64,000 bases of DNA, taken from NCBI GenBank assembly GCA_946413985.1, contig CAMKMS010000002.1, positions 42,094 through 106,093 of the forward strand, written 5' to 3'. The position numbers were made by a program, and so were the translations under genes. The notes beneath the pieces were generated by a model, which saw only the letters and a program-made list of their open reading frames with translations, made no database searches and was not told the DNA's origin. The DNA comes from an uncultured Mycoplasmatota bacterium (GTDB lineage Bacteria > Bacillota_I > Bacilli_A > RF39 > UBA660). Of this stretch, positions 30,091 through 39,402 are shown one piece after another (positions within the stretch are counted from its first letter, which is position 1; each line of letters opens with the position of its first letter).

Positions 30091-31254
30091 ATGACGGAGT
30101 GGGATAAAGAATATTTAAAATTATGTCAAAAAATATTAAAAGAAGGAATCGAAGTTAAAAATAGAACAGGTGTTAATACTATTAAAATTCCATCATATAC
30201 TTTACATTTTGATTTAAGACAAGAATTTCCAATATTGCAAACAAAGCAATTATTTTCACGTCAAGCTATAATTGAGATGTTGTGGATATGGCAAATGGGA
30301 AGTAATGATGTTAGAGAACTTCAAAATAGAGGTGTTCATATATGGGATGAATGGGAAGTAGATGATGATGGAATATATAGAATATATGAACCATTTAAAG
30401 AATATGATCCAGATAAAGAAGTAGAGGTAATAGATCCTCTAAGTACTCCAGTAGATGATCCATTTGGTATGAGACACAAACTTGAAGTAAAAAAAGATAA
30501 AAAAGGTAATGTTATGAAAGCTAAAAGTTTAATAGAAGGAAAAACTATTAAAATGGCAAAATACTATGGAAAAGAATATGCTCATACGATTGGAAGTGCA
30601 TATGGATTTATAATAAGTAGATATAATCATACTAAAAACTTAATAGATACACTTAAAAATAATCCAGAAGATAGACGTATGGTAAAGTCATTATGGCAGG
30701 ATGAATTTTTAAGAACTGCAGTATTACCATCATGCGTTTGGTCAACAGAATGGGGTGTTACAGGGGATGAATTAAATCTTATGGTTCATCAAAGAAGTTG
30801 TGATGTTCCTCTTGGACTTCCATTTAATGTAACACAATATGCAACACTTTTAAAAATGATTGCTCAAGTTACAAATCTAAAACCAGGAACAATAGATTAT
30901 TCTATTAAAGATGCTCATATTTATGTTAATCAAATTGATATGATTAAAGAACAAATTCGACGTGGAAAGAGATACAAACAAATGTCTAAAATGAGTAAAA
31001 AAGAATTAGAAAAAATAATTAAAGATTCATTATCTAATATGGAAAAAATTGAAGATAAAAAATCAAAAAAGTATCAATATTATGATACAGAAAATAAAAT
31101 TGCAGATTTAGTTTTAAATCCAAGTAAACCTGTTTTAGAATTAGATCCAAGTATAAAAGATTTTTATGATTTTGATAATTCAAAAGACATAAAACACATC
31201 ACTATCAAGAATTATAAACATATGGGGAAACTAAATATCCCTGTTAGTCAATAG
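30091..31254 (+). CDS. thyA: thymidylate synthase ThyA (a long 387-aa form with insertions)
   Basis: The N-terminus and C-terminal core are conserved (LWIWQMG, LPSC..W, HIYVNQ). Confidence 0.85.
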   Translation: MTEWDKEYLKLCQKILKEGIEVKNRTGVNTIKIPSYTLHFDLRQEFPILQTKQLFSRQAIIEMLWIWQMGSNDVRELQNRGVHIWDEWEVDDDGIYRIYEPFKEYDPDKEVEVIDPLSTPVDDPFGMRHKLEVKKDKKGNVMKAKSLIEGKTIKMAKYYGKEYAHTIGSAYGFIISRYNHTKNLIDTLKNNPEDRRMVKSLWQDEFLRTAVLPSCVWSTEWGVTGDELNLMVHQRSCDVPLGLPFNVTQYATLLKMIAQVTNLKPGTIDYSIKDAHIYVNQIDMIKEQIRRGKRYKQMSKMSKKELEKIIKDSLSNMEKIEDKKSKKYQYYDTENKIADLVLNPSKPVLELDPSIKDFYDFDNSKDIKHITIKNYKHMGKLNIPVSQ

Positions 31255-31262
31255 GAGGAATT

Positions 31263-31751
31263 ATGAGTTATTCAATAATAGCTGCAATAGGTAAAAATAA
31301 TGAACTTGGTCGTGATAATAAGTTAATATGGCATTTACCAAATGATTTAAAATTTTTTAAAGAGATGACTATGGGAAAAACTATTATTATGGGAAGAAAA
31401 ACTTTTGAATCTCTTCCTCATATGCTTCCAAATAGAAATCATATAGTTCTTTCTAGTAGTAATGAATTTCCAAGTGAAGTTACAGTATATAAATCAATAG
31501 ATGAATTAAAACGTGCATTAGATAATATAAATGAAGAAGCTTTTATTATTGGAGGTGCATCAGTTTATAAAACATTTATAGATTACTCTGATAAAATGTA
31601 TTTAACTTTAATTGATGAAGAGTGTTTAGATGCAGATGCATATTTTCCAGAGTTTAATGAAAGCGATTGGGATCAAGAATTAATAGATTCTAATGAAGAA
31701 AACAATATTAAATATAAACATATTTTATTTAAAAAGAAAAATAGAGAATAA
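31263..31751 (+). CDS. folA: dihydrofolate reductase
   Basis: The N-terminus is IIAAIGKNNELG and the length is 162 aa. Confidence 0.85.
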   Translation: MSYSIIAAIGKNNELGRDNKLIWHLPNDLKFFKEMTMGKTIIMGRKTFESLPHMLPNRNHIVLSSSNEFPSEVTVYKSIDELKRALDNINEEAFIIGGASVYKTFIDYSDKMYLTLIDEECLDADAYFPEFNESDWDQELIDSNEENNIKYKHILFKKKNRE

Positions 31752-31761
31752 TCTCTATTTT

Positions 31762-31941
31762 TTAGTTGCAATTATTACCATTATTTAAAAATCCAACTCC
31801 AAAAATAATAACTAGTAATATAAATAATACTAATATAAATGCAGCTCCATATCCATAACCATTATAATAATATGTTGGATATGTTGGATATGTCATTGCG
31901 TTTCCTCCTGCATATCCACCATTGTATCCATAATAATACAT
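31762..31941 (-). CDS. YjcZ-like tiny Gly/Tyr-rich membrane protein (59 aa), absent from the ORF track
   Basis: The minus-strand ORF translates to MYYYGYNGGYAGGNAMTYPTYPTYYYNGYGYGAAFILVLFILLVIIFGVGFLNNGNNCN. The RBS ggaggta lies 6 nt upstream. Confidence 0.6.
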   Translation of the reverse strand: MYYYGYNGGYAGGNAMTYPTYPTYYYNGYGYGAAFILVLFILLVIIFGVGFLNNGNNCN

Positions 31942-32022
31942 TATTATACCTCCTTTGATTTCTATATTATTTTATTAATATTAATGTAATGTTGACACTA
32001 TTATTTACTCAAATAATTTACA

Positions 32023-33246
32023 TTGGCTTATTTTTTAATATATAATATATTTGATAATATGAAGAAGAATGCACAAATAAAATATCCTACTTTTAAATTA
32101 TTAAATAAGCCAATTTTGATTATGACTTTAATTTTTTCTATTGGTGGAGCTTTTTTAATACTTGATGCATCAAGTATTTCTGCTGTTTTAACTTATGGCT
32201 TTGATACACCATATTATTATTTAATAAGACAAATTATTTTTATTGTAATTGGTTATATTGCAGCATTATTTATTATTAAATTTCCAACCAAGTATTATAA
32301 GGGTATTAGTTTATTTTTAACAATGATATTTATTGTAACTTTGATTGTTTTATTTATAAAAAATTCACTATTTTCCTCTAGAGTAAGTGAAGTAACTATT
32401 TCTATGTTTGGTGGAAAATTTCAACCCGCAGAGTTTTTAAAAGTGTTTTTAATAATGTATATGGGATCTTTTTATGGATCATGGGCAAATAGAAAAGTAA
32501 CTTCAAAATATTCTTTTATTATACCTTTAGTATTATGTTTTTTATCTGCAGTATTAATACTTCTTGGAGGAGACTTTGGTAGTGCAGCAATAATGGTTGC
32601 TTTATATGCATTAACATTTGTAAGTGTTCCATCAAAAGATAAAAATGTTAAAATAGTAAAATTTTTAGCTGTTTCTGGTTTAGTATGCGCTATTTTAATA
32701 TTAAAATTTGGTTACAAAATTATACCCAGTTCTATTCTTGAAAGCAGTTATAGATTAAATAGACTTGTTTATGCAAATCCATGTGATAGATATGAAGATA
32801 ATTCAGGATATCAGGTATGTAATGGATACATTGCTATAGATAATGGAGGATTATGGGGAGTTAAAATTGGAAATTCTGTACAAAAGTATATGTATTTACC
32901 TGCAAGTCATACTGACTTTATTTTTCCTATAGTAGTTGAAGAATTAGGAGTAGTAGTTGGTGTTATTATTATACTTGCATATATGGCTTTAATATTTTTT
33001 ATATTTAGAGTTGCTGTAAATACTAAAAATCTTCAAAATTCAATTATTTGTTATGGAATTAGTATTTATTTTATGTTACATATTTTTGTTAATTTAGGTG
33101 GAGTACTTGGAATTATTCCATTAACTGGAGTACCACTTCCATTTTTAAGTTATGGTGGAAGTTTCTGTATAACATTAATATGTTCATTTGCTTTAGTACA
33201 AAGAATTAATATAGAAAATGAGATTGAAAGGCTTAAAAATGCTTGA
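32023..33246 (+). CDS. SEDS-family peptidoglycan glycosyltransferase (FtsW/RodA/SpoVE); the true start may be the ATG at 32059
   Basis: It has 10 TM segments and is FtsW/RodA-like. Confidence 0.75.
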   Translation: MAYFLIYNIFDNMKKNAQIKYPTFKLLNKPILIMTLIFSIGGAFLILDASSISAVLTYGFDTPYYYLIRQIIFIVIGYIAALFIIKFPTKYYKGISLFLTMIFIVTLIVLFIKNSLFSSRVSEVTISMFGGKFQPAEFLKVFLIMYMGSFYGSWANRKVTSKYSFIIPLVLCFLSAVLILLGGDFGSAAIMVALYALTFVSVPSKDKNVKIVKFLAVSGLVCAILILKFGYKIIPSSILESSYRLNRLVYANPCDRYEDNSGYQVCNGYIAIDNGGLWGVKIGNSVQKYMYLPASHTDFIFPIVVEELGVVVGVIIILAYMALIFFIFRVAVNTKNLQNSIICYGISIYFMLHIFVNLGGVLGIIPLTGVPLPFLSYGGSFCITLICSFALVQRINIENEIERLKNA

Positions 33247-33349
33247 TATCTTCTTTTTTTTGTGTTATTATCATATTGCTTAATCCGATGTACTTGTATC
33301 CATTATGGATGTATATGATTAAAGAAGCACATAAAGGAGGAATAGAGTT

Positions 33350-33688
33350 ATGAATTTAATCGATAAGATTAATAAGAAACAAATCAACCCAAATGTTCCT
33401 GATTTTCAAGTAGGAGATACAGTAAGAGTTGACGTTAAAATCATTGAAGGTAAAAGAGAAAGAATTCAAGCTTATGAAGGAGTTGTAACTGCTCGTAAAG
33501 GCGGAAGCGTATCTGAAACATTTACAGTAAGAAAGAAAAGTGGTAGTGTAGGAATCAATAGAGTTTTCCCAGTAAATAGTCCACTAATTGATAAAATTAC
33601 TGTTGTTAAAAAAGGAAAAGTAAGAAGAGCTAAACTTAACTTCTTAAAGAATTTAACAGGAAGTTTTAGAATTAAAGAAAGAAATTAG
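33350..33688 (+). CDS. rplS: 50S ribosomal protein L19
   Basis: The motif FQVGDTVRV is present and the length is 112 aa. Confidence 0.95.
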   Translation: MNLIDKINKKQINPNVPDFQVGDTVRVDVKIIEGKRERIQAYEGVVTARKGGSVSETFTVRKKSGSVGINRVFPVNSPLIDKITVVKKGKVRRAKLNFLKNLTGSFRIKERN

Positions 33689-33727
33689 GTTTATACCTAA
33701 TTTTTTAATATAAGAAAGGAATAAAAA

Positions 33728-34237
33728 GTGAAAAAATTTTGGGATGCAATTAAAGATTATGTATATATAGTTTTAGCTGTTTTAGTAATTAGAACATTTA
33801 TAGTTACACCAGCTATTGTAAGTGGTGCAAGTATGGATGATACACTAAATGATGGTCAATTAGTTATTATTAATAAATTTATTTATAGATTCAGTGATAT
33901 TGATAGATTTGATATTGTTGTTTTAGATAATGATTTAACAAAAGATAAAATAATTAAAAGAGTTATTGGACTTCCTAATGAAAAAATAGAGTATAGACAA
34001 AATAGATTATATATTAATGATGAATTAATTGAAGTTGATTTTGATTATAAAGAAACAGAAAATTTTTCATTTATGACAGGTGATGGAGAATATTTTGTAC
34101 TTGGTGATAATAGACCAGTATCAAAAGATAGTAGATCATTTGGAGCTTTCAAAAAAGAAGATTTTGTTGGACGAGTAAAATATAGGTTATATCCATTTAA
34201 CAAATTTGGTAATGTTACAAAGAAGAAAGATTTTTAA
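33728..34237 (+). CDS. lepB: signal peptidase I (bacterial P-type, Ser/Lys)
   Basis: The GASM motif is present in a 169-aa protein with a GTG start. Confidence 0.8.
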   Translation: MKKFWDAIKDYVYIVLAVLVIRTFIVTPAIVSGASMDDTLNDGQLVIINKFIYRFSDIDRFDIVVLDNDLTKDKIIKRVIGLPNEKIEYRQNRLYINDELIEVDFDYKETENFSFMTGDGEYFVLGDNRPVSKDSRSFGAFKKEDFVGRVKYRLYPFNKFGNVTKKKDF

Positions 34238-34297
34238 TAATCTTCTTTTTTTATACTATAAATTATGATAAAATTATTAAGATAGGATAGGTGTAAT

Positions 34298-35137
34298 ATG
34301 TATAAGATTTTATATAATAAAAAAATTAGTTCTACTTCATATGAGATTGCAGTAGAAGCACCATTTGTAATAAATAAATGTATTCCAGGACAATTTGCTA
34401 TTGTGATGACATATGAAGATAGTGAAAGAATTCCTTTAACTATATATGACTATGATAAAGAAAAAGGATTATTATATTTAATATATCAAGTAGTTGGAGC
34501 TTCAACATTAGAATTAACTAATGCAAAAAAATATTTATATAGTGTTAGTGGACCTTTAGGAAATTCAAATGAAATTTGTAAAAATCCAGAAAAGTATAAA
34601 GGAAAGAGGATAGTATATGTTGCAGGTGGAGTTGGAATTGCTCCTGTATATCCTCAAGTAAAATATTTAAAAGAACATGGAATAGAATCAGACGTAATAT
34701 ATGGCGCTAGAAGTAGGGATATGCTTATTATTAGAAATAAAATACAAGATGTAGCAAGGAAAGTATATTATGTTACTGATGATGGAAGTTATGGTAAAAA
34801 AGGATTTGTAACAGATGCTTTAAAGAAAAGAATAAAAGATTATGATATATGTGTTTCAATAGGTCCTGTTATAATGATGAAAAATGTTAGTTTATTAACT
34901 AAAGAATATAATGTTAAAACTATTGTTAGTATGAATCCACTAATGGTAGATGGAAGTGGAATGTGTGGAGCATGTAGATGTGAAGTTGATGGAAAAAGCA
35001 AATTTGCATGTACTGATGGTCCAGAATTTGATGGACATAAAGTTAATTTTGATTTAGCTATGAAACGTATGAATATATATAAAGAAGAAGAAAAAATTAA
35101 ACTAGATGAAATGAAAAAGAGGAATGAAAATGGATAA
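34298..35137 (+). CDS. FAD/NAD-binding oxidoreductase subunit with a 2Fe-2S centre (PyrK/NfnA-like)
   Basis: A C-terminal Cys cluster (CGACRC) is present. It is paired with the next gene. Confidence 0.65.
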   Translation: MYKILYNKKISSTSYEIAVEAPFVINKCIPGQFAIVMTYEDSERIPLTIYDYDKEKGLLYLIYQVVGASTLELTNAKKYLYSVSGPLGNSNEICKNPEKYKGKRIVYVAGGVGIAPVYPQVKYLKEHGIESDVIYGARSRDMLIIRNKIQDVARKVYYVTDDGSYGKKGFVTDALKKRIKDYDICVSIGPVIMMKNVSLLTKEYNVKTIVSMNPLMVDGSGMCGACRCEVDGKSKFACTDGPEFDGHKVNFDLAMKRMNIYKEEEKIKLDEMKKRNENG

Positions 35138-36494
35138 TAGTGATAGAGTCAAAATGAGAGTTCAGACTTCAAAAGAAAGAATTCATAATTTTAATGAAGT
35201 TGAACTTGGTTTTAATGATGAAGAAGCATTAAAAGAAGCAAATAGATGTATGCAATGTAAAAATCCTAGATGTATGACTGGATGTCCTGTAAGTATAAAA
35301 ATACCAGAGTTTGTTAAGTATATTAAAGAGGGGGATTTAAAAAAAGCATATGAAATTATAAATGAATCATCAAGTTTAAGTGCAATTTGTGGAAGAGTAT
35401 GTCCTCAAGAACGTCAATGCGAAAGTATGTGTATTAGAGGATTAAAAGGTGAAGCAATAGCTATTGGAGCACTTGAAAGATATGTGTCGGATTATGCTAT
35501 AAATAATAACTTTAAAATTGGTTCTGTTAAAAAGAAGAATGGATTAAAAGTAGCAATAATTGGTAGTGGTCCTGCTGGTCTTACTTGTGCTGGAGATTTA
35601 ATAAAAGCAGGATTTGATGTAACAATTTATGAAGTTTTACATAAAGCCGGTGGTGTATTAACTTACGGAATACCAGAGTTTAGATTACCTAAAAAAATCG
35701 TAGAAAAACAAGTAGAGTCCCTTAAAGAATTGGGAGTAAAAATATTAACTGACATTCCAGTTGGTAATGCAATAACTTTAGATGAATTAAGTAAAAATAA
35801 TGATTATGTATTTATTAGTAGTGGAGCAGGTCTTCCTAAATTTATGGGAATTAAAGGAGAAAGTGCTAATGAAGTGTTTTCTGCAAATGAAATATTAACA
35901 CGTATAAATCTAATGTCATCATATAAAAGTGATAGTAAAACTCCAATAAAAAAAGCAAAAAAAGCTTACGTTATAGGTGGAGGAAATGTTGCAATGGATG
36001 CGGTTAGATGTCTAAAGCGACTAGGAATTGATGCACATTTAATGTATAGAAGAAGTATGGAAGAATTACCAGCAAGAAAAATGGAAGTAAATCATGCATT
36101 AGAAGAGGGCGTTAAATTTGATCTGCTTACTAATCCAGTTGAAATATTAACTGATGAAAACAATAGTGTTATTGGTATGAAAGTTGTAAATATGATACTT
36201 ACAGAGCCGGGCGAAGATGGAAGAAGAAGTGTTATAGAAGACGAAAAATCAATTCATGAAGTTAAATGTGATATGGTAGTAATGGCTCTTGGAACAAGCC
36301 CAAATCATGAGGCATTAAAATATAGTAATATACTTCTTAATGAGAAAGGATTAATTAGTGTAGATGGAACAAAAACTTCACTTGATAATGTTTATGCAGG
36401 AGGAGATGCTGTAACTGGTTCTGCCACTGTAATTCTTGCTATGGAAGCTGGTAAAAAAGCAGCTAGTGAAATAATAAATAAGTCTAAATGTTAA
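35124..36494 (+). CDS. GltD-like NADPH-dependent oxidoreductase (NfnB / glutamate synthase small-subunit family)
   Basis: The 4Fe-4S motif is CMQCKNPRCMTGCP and the Rossmann motif is GSGPAG. Confidence 0.7.
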   Translation: MKMDNSDRVKMRVQTSKERIHNFNEVELGFNDEEALKEANRCMQCKNPRCMTGCPVSIKIPEFVKYIKEGDLKKAYEIINESSSLSAICGRVCPQERQCESMCIRGLKGEAIAIGALERYVSDYAINNNFKIGSVKKKNGLKVAIIGSGPAGLTCAGDLIKAGFDVTIYEVLHKAGGVLTYGIPEFRLPKKIVEKQVESLKELGVKILTDIPVGNAITLDELSKNNDYVFISSGAGLPKFMGIKGESANEVFSANEILTRINLMSSYKSDSKTPIKKAKKAYVIGGGNVAMDAVRCLKRLGIDAHLMYRRSMEELPARKMEVNHALEEGVKFDLLTNPVEILTDENNSVIGMKVVNMILTEPGEDGRRSVIEDEKSIHEVKCDMVVMALGTSPNHEALKYSNILLNEKGLISVDGTKTSLDNVYAGGDAVTGSATVILAMEAGKKAASEIINKSKC

Positions 36495-36532
36495 TTTAAT
36501 GTAAAAATGTTAAAATAAGTTGACACTATAGA

Positions 36533-36561
36533 TTGAAAATAAAAAAATGATATGATAAAAT
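36533..36561 (+). promoter_or_regulatory. candidate sigma-A promoter for the SipW-like operon
   Basis: A -35 box TTGAAA lies 17 nt from an extended -10 TGaTAAAAT. Confidence 0.35.
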
Positions 36562-36589
36562 TAAAATATATGATAGGAGGAATAATAAT

Positions 36590-37138
36590 ATGAGACAAGA
36601 GAAAGGATTACAAAATATTATAATTGTTGTTTTATCAGTAGCAGTACTTGCTATGTCAGTAGGTTTCGCTGTTTATGCTCAACAATTAAATGTAAATGGA
36701 ACTGCAACATTTAGTGCTGCAAAATGGGATGTACATTTTGATACAAGTACATTTAGTGAAACAAGTGTTATTAAAGCAAGCTCTAAGACTGTAGGTAATA
36801 CTGCTATTACTTATTCAGTTACATTACCAAGTCCTGGAGATGAATATTCATTTACAGTAAATGCTAAGAACTTTGGAACAATTGATGCTGCTTTAGAAGG
36901 AATTACATTATCTGGTTTAACAGCTGCTCAACAAAAATATATAAGTTATACTGTTAATTATAATGGAACAGATTATGATGAAACTACAGATGGTTTAGCT
37001 GAAGATTTATTAGTTGATGATTCTCATCCTATGACTGTTACTGTTGCATATTTATTACCAGATGAAGCATCAGACCTACCAGCAACAGATGTTGAAGTAA
37101 ATTTAACAGTTGCATTAGATTATATAACTGTTGATTAA
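36590..37138 (+). CDS. small secreted TasA/camelysin-like protein with a SipW-cognate-type signal peptide
   Basis: The N-terminus is ...LAMSVGFAVYAQQLNVNGTATFS, which resembles the GGTxAxFSD class cleaved by SipW. Confidence 0.55.
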   Translation: MRQEKGLQNIIIVVLSVAVLAMSVGFAVYAQQLNVNGTATFSAAKWDVHFDTSTFSETSVIKASSKTVGNTAITYSVTLPSPGDEYSFTVNAKNFGTIDAALEGITLSGLTAAQQKYISYTVNYNGTDYDETTDGLAEDLLVDDSHPMTVTVAYLLPDEASDLPATDVEVNLTVALDYITVD

Positions 37139-37160
37139 TAAAAAAGAATAAGAATTATAT

Positions 37161-37190
37161 AAGAATTATCCCATTATTGGGGTAATTCTT
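37161..37190 (+). other. stable 12-bp hairpin between the small subunit gene and the peptidase gene, with no U-tract
   Basis: The stem aagaattatccc/ggggtaattctt has one G-T wobble and a 6-nt loop. Confidence 0.45.
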
Positions 37191-37218
37191 ATATTAAAAA
37201 AATAATAGGGTTGATAAT

Positions 37219-38349
37219 ATGAAAAAATACTTAGTATATGGTTTAGAATTATTACTATTTATTTCTGCCATAATATTTAATATATTTTATAAAAGCGAAT
37301 TACTTTTAAAAATATCAATCATTATTATTGGTATAATATATTTATTAGAATATGGATTTCATAAAGATAATTCTTATTTAAAACCACTTGTAACAAGAAT
37401 AGTCATTTCTTGTTTATTGTCATTTTTTATAATAATTTATTCAATAGGATTATTTTTGGGTTTTAATAAAACGGTATTATCTTTTAATTTTAATTATTTA
37501 TTTAATGTTGTTGTCTTAGAAATTGTAGCTATAATTTTGCTTGAATTAATGAGATACATTATATGCAAAAATTTAACAACAACAAAAAAACCAATTGTAT
37601 TTTTTACAATAATAATGATGGCGTTAAATATTATAACAGAGATAAATGGTTACAATCTTGGTGAAGCAGAAGGCATTTTTGTTTTCATTAGTGTTGTTGT
37701 TATACCAGTAGTCTCTAGAGAATTACTATGTTCTTATTTAGCATATAAGGTTAGTTATTTACCAGCTTTGATATTCAAATTAGTTATAGTATTATATGAG
37801 TTTGTTTTACCTATAATACCAAATTTAGGATATTATTTATATGCAACATTTAATTTGTTTTTGGTTTTCTTTATATATTATTTATCAAGTAAAAGTATTG
37901 ATTATGCTGAGAAAGCTAAAGTGTATGTTAATAAGTCTACAAGAAGAGTAATATATTATCCAATTATATTATTGTTATTTATTATAATTGTTCTTATATC
38001 AGGTATATTTAGATACAAAATGATAGCAATTGGATCTAATTCAATGTCTCCTGTTTATGGAAGAGGAGATGCTGTAATTTACAAAAAAGTAGATGCAAAC
38101 GATGTACAATATGGAGATATAATTGTATTTTCAAAAGAAGGAACAATAGTAACACATAGAATTACAAGTATTACTAAAAATGGAAATGTCATTTTAATTA
38201 AAACAAAAGGTGACGCTAATAATACTATTGATAGTTTTACTGTAAATGGTAGCGAGGTTTTGGGAAAAGTAGAATATAGAATCAAATATATTGGTTTTCC
38301 AACAGTTTGGATTAACGAATTGTTTGAGGGAAGGGAGATTAATGATTAA
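37219..38349 (+). CDS. fusion of a roughly 250-aa polytopic membrane domain (about 8 TM) with a C-terminal ER/archaeal-type signal peptidase I (SipW/Sec11, S26B)
   Basis: The C-terminal 110 aa carry IGSNSMSPVYGRGDAV (Sec11/SipW GSxSMxP...RGD) and a THR His motif. Confidence 0.7.
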   Translation: MKKYLVYGLELLLFISAIIFNIFYKSELLLKISIIIIGIIYLLEYGFHKDNSYLKPLVTRIVISCLLSFFIIIYSIGLFLGFNKTVLSFNFNYLFNVVVLEIVAIILLELMRYIICKNLTTTKKPIVFFTIIMMALNIITEINGYNLGEAEGIFVFISVVVIPVVSRELLCSYLAYKVSYLPALIFKLVIVLYEFVLPIIPNLGYYLYATFNLFLVFFIYYLSSKSIDYAEKAKVYVNKSTRRVIYYPIILLLFIIIVLISGIFRYKMIAIGSNSMSPVYGRGDAVIYKKVDANDVQYGDIIVFSKEGTIVTHRITSITKNGNVILIKTKGDANNTIDSFTVNGSEVLGKVEYRIKYIGFPTVWINELFEGREIND

Positions 38350-39383
38350 TGGAAACTAAAGTAAAAATTAATTATACAAAAGTTGTGTTAGTTATTTTAT
38401 TTATTCTTGTTATTATCCTAAACGTCGTTATGTATAAAAAAGGATTCTATAAAACTAATGTTGAAACTATAATGTATAAGGAAAATAATTCGATTCATTA
38501 TAAGGTATATTACAAAAAGAATGATTTTTATGAAACAAAGTTTATAGAAGAAGATAAAACATATATCACGAGTTTGATTAATTATATAAAAGTTTCATAT
38601 AATTATAATATTCAATTTGATAGTGTTGTATCTGGAAGTTATAAGTATTATGTTCTTGCTACAGTAGAAGCTAATAAACCAAATAATGAAGTAGGTAATT
38701 ATTGGACTAAGAATTATAAATTAACCGATGAGAAAAAGATTTCTATCGATAAATCAACCGAATATTCTATTAATCAAGATATTAAGATTGATTATAATAA
38801 ATATAATAATGCATTAAATGAATTTAAAAGTACTTTAGGTATTGCAACTTCTGGTGTATTAAAAGTATATTTAGTTGTTGAATCTGATTTAACATCAAAA
38901 GGAATGAAAGTTGATATACCAAGTTCATTGGTATTAAGAATGCCTTTAAGTGAAAAAACAATAGAAGCAACAATTGATACTTCAGCTAAGAATAATATAA
39001 AAGAAATTACTAGAATTGTTGAAACAAGTGCTCAAAAGAGTAAAAAACTAATTGCATTAGGAATAAGTTTTATTATTGAACTTACTATATTAATAGCATT
39101 AACTTTGATTAATAGAAAAAATAGAATGGCAAATGCTTTCGAAAATACTATTAACAAGTATTTAGATACGTATGATAGTATAATTGTTAATATTGATAAA
39201 TTTCCAACATTAAGTAATTATAATGTTATTGAGGTATCTAGTTTTGATGAGTTATTAGATGCGCATAGTGAAGTAAGAATGCCAATTAATTTTTATAAAT
39301 ATAATAGTAGAACATGTTATTTCATATTGATGAATGATAAAACAATATGGAAATATACAATGAGAAAAAGTGACTTTGATTGA
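38349..39383 (+). CDS. bitopic membrane protein (N- and C-terminal TM); a possible TapA-like assembly or anchor factor
   Basis: Its start overlaps the peptidase stop by 1 nt. It has no enzymatic motifs. Confidence 0.45.
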   Translation: METKVKINYTKVVLVILFILVIILNVVMYKKGFYKTNVETIMYKENNSIHYKVYYKKNDFYETKFIEEDKTYITSLINYIKVSYNYNIQFDSVVSGSYKYYVLATVEANKPNNEVGNYWTKNYKLTDEKKISIDKSTEYSINQDIKIDYNKYNNALNEFKSTLGIATSGVLKVYLVVESDLTSKGMKVDIPSSLVLRMPLSEKTIEATIDTSAKNNIKEITRIVETSAQKSKKLIALGISFIIELTILIALTLINRKNRMANAFENTINKYLDTYDSIIVNIDKFPTLSNYNVIEVSSFDELLDAHSEVRMPINFYKYNSRTCYFILMNDKTIWKYTMRKSDFD

Positions 39384-39402
39384 TTAGAGAGGAGTGAAGA
39401 AC

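Noticed and set aside
29345-31751. tmk-thyA-folA as a prophage remnant
   Set aside because: There is no integrase, terminase, capsid gene or att-like repeat in the flanks. It is more likely a chromosomal operon.
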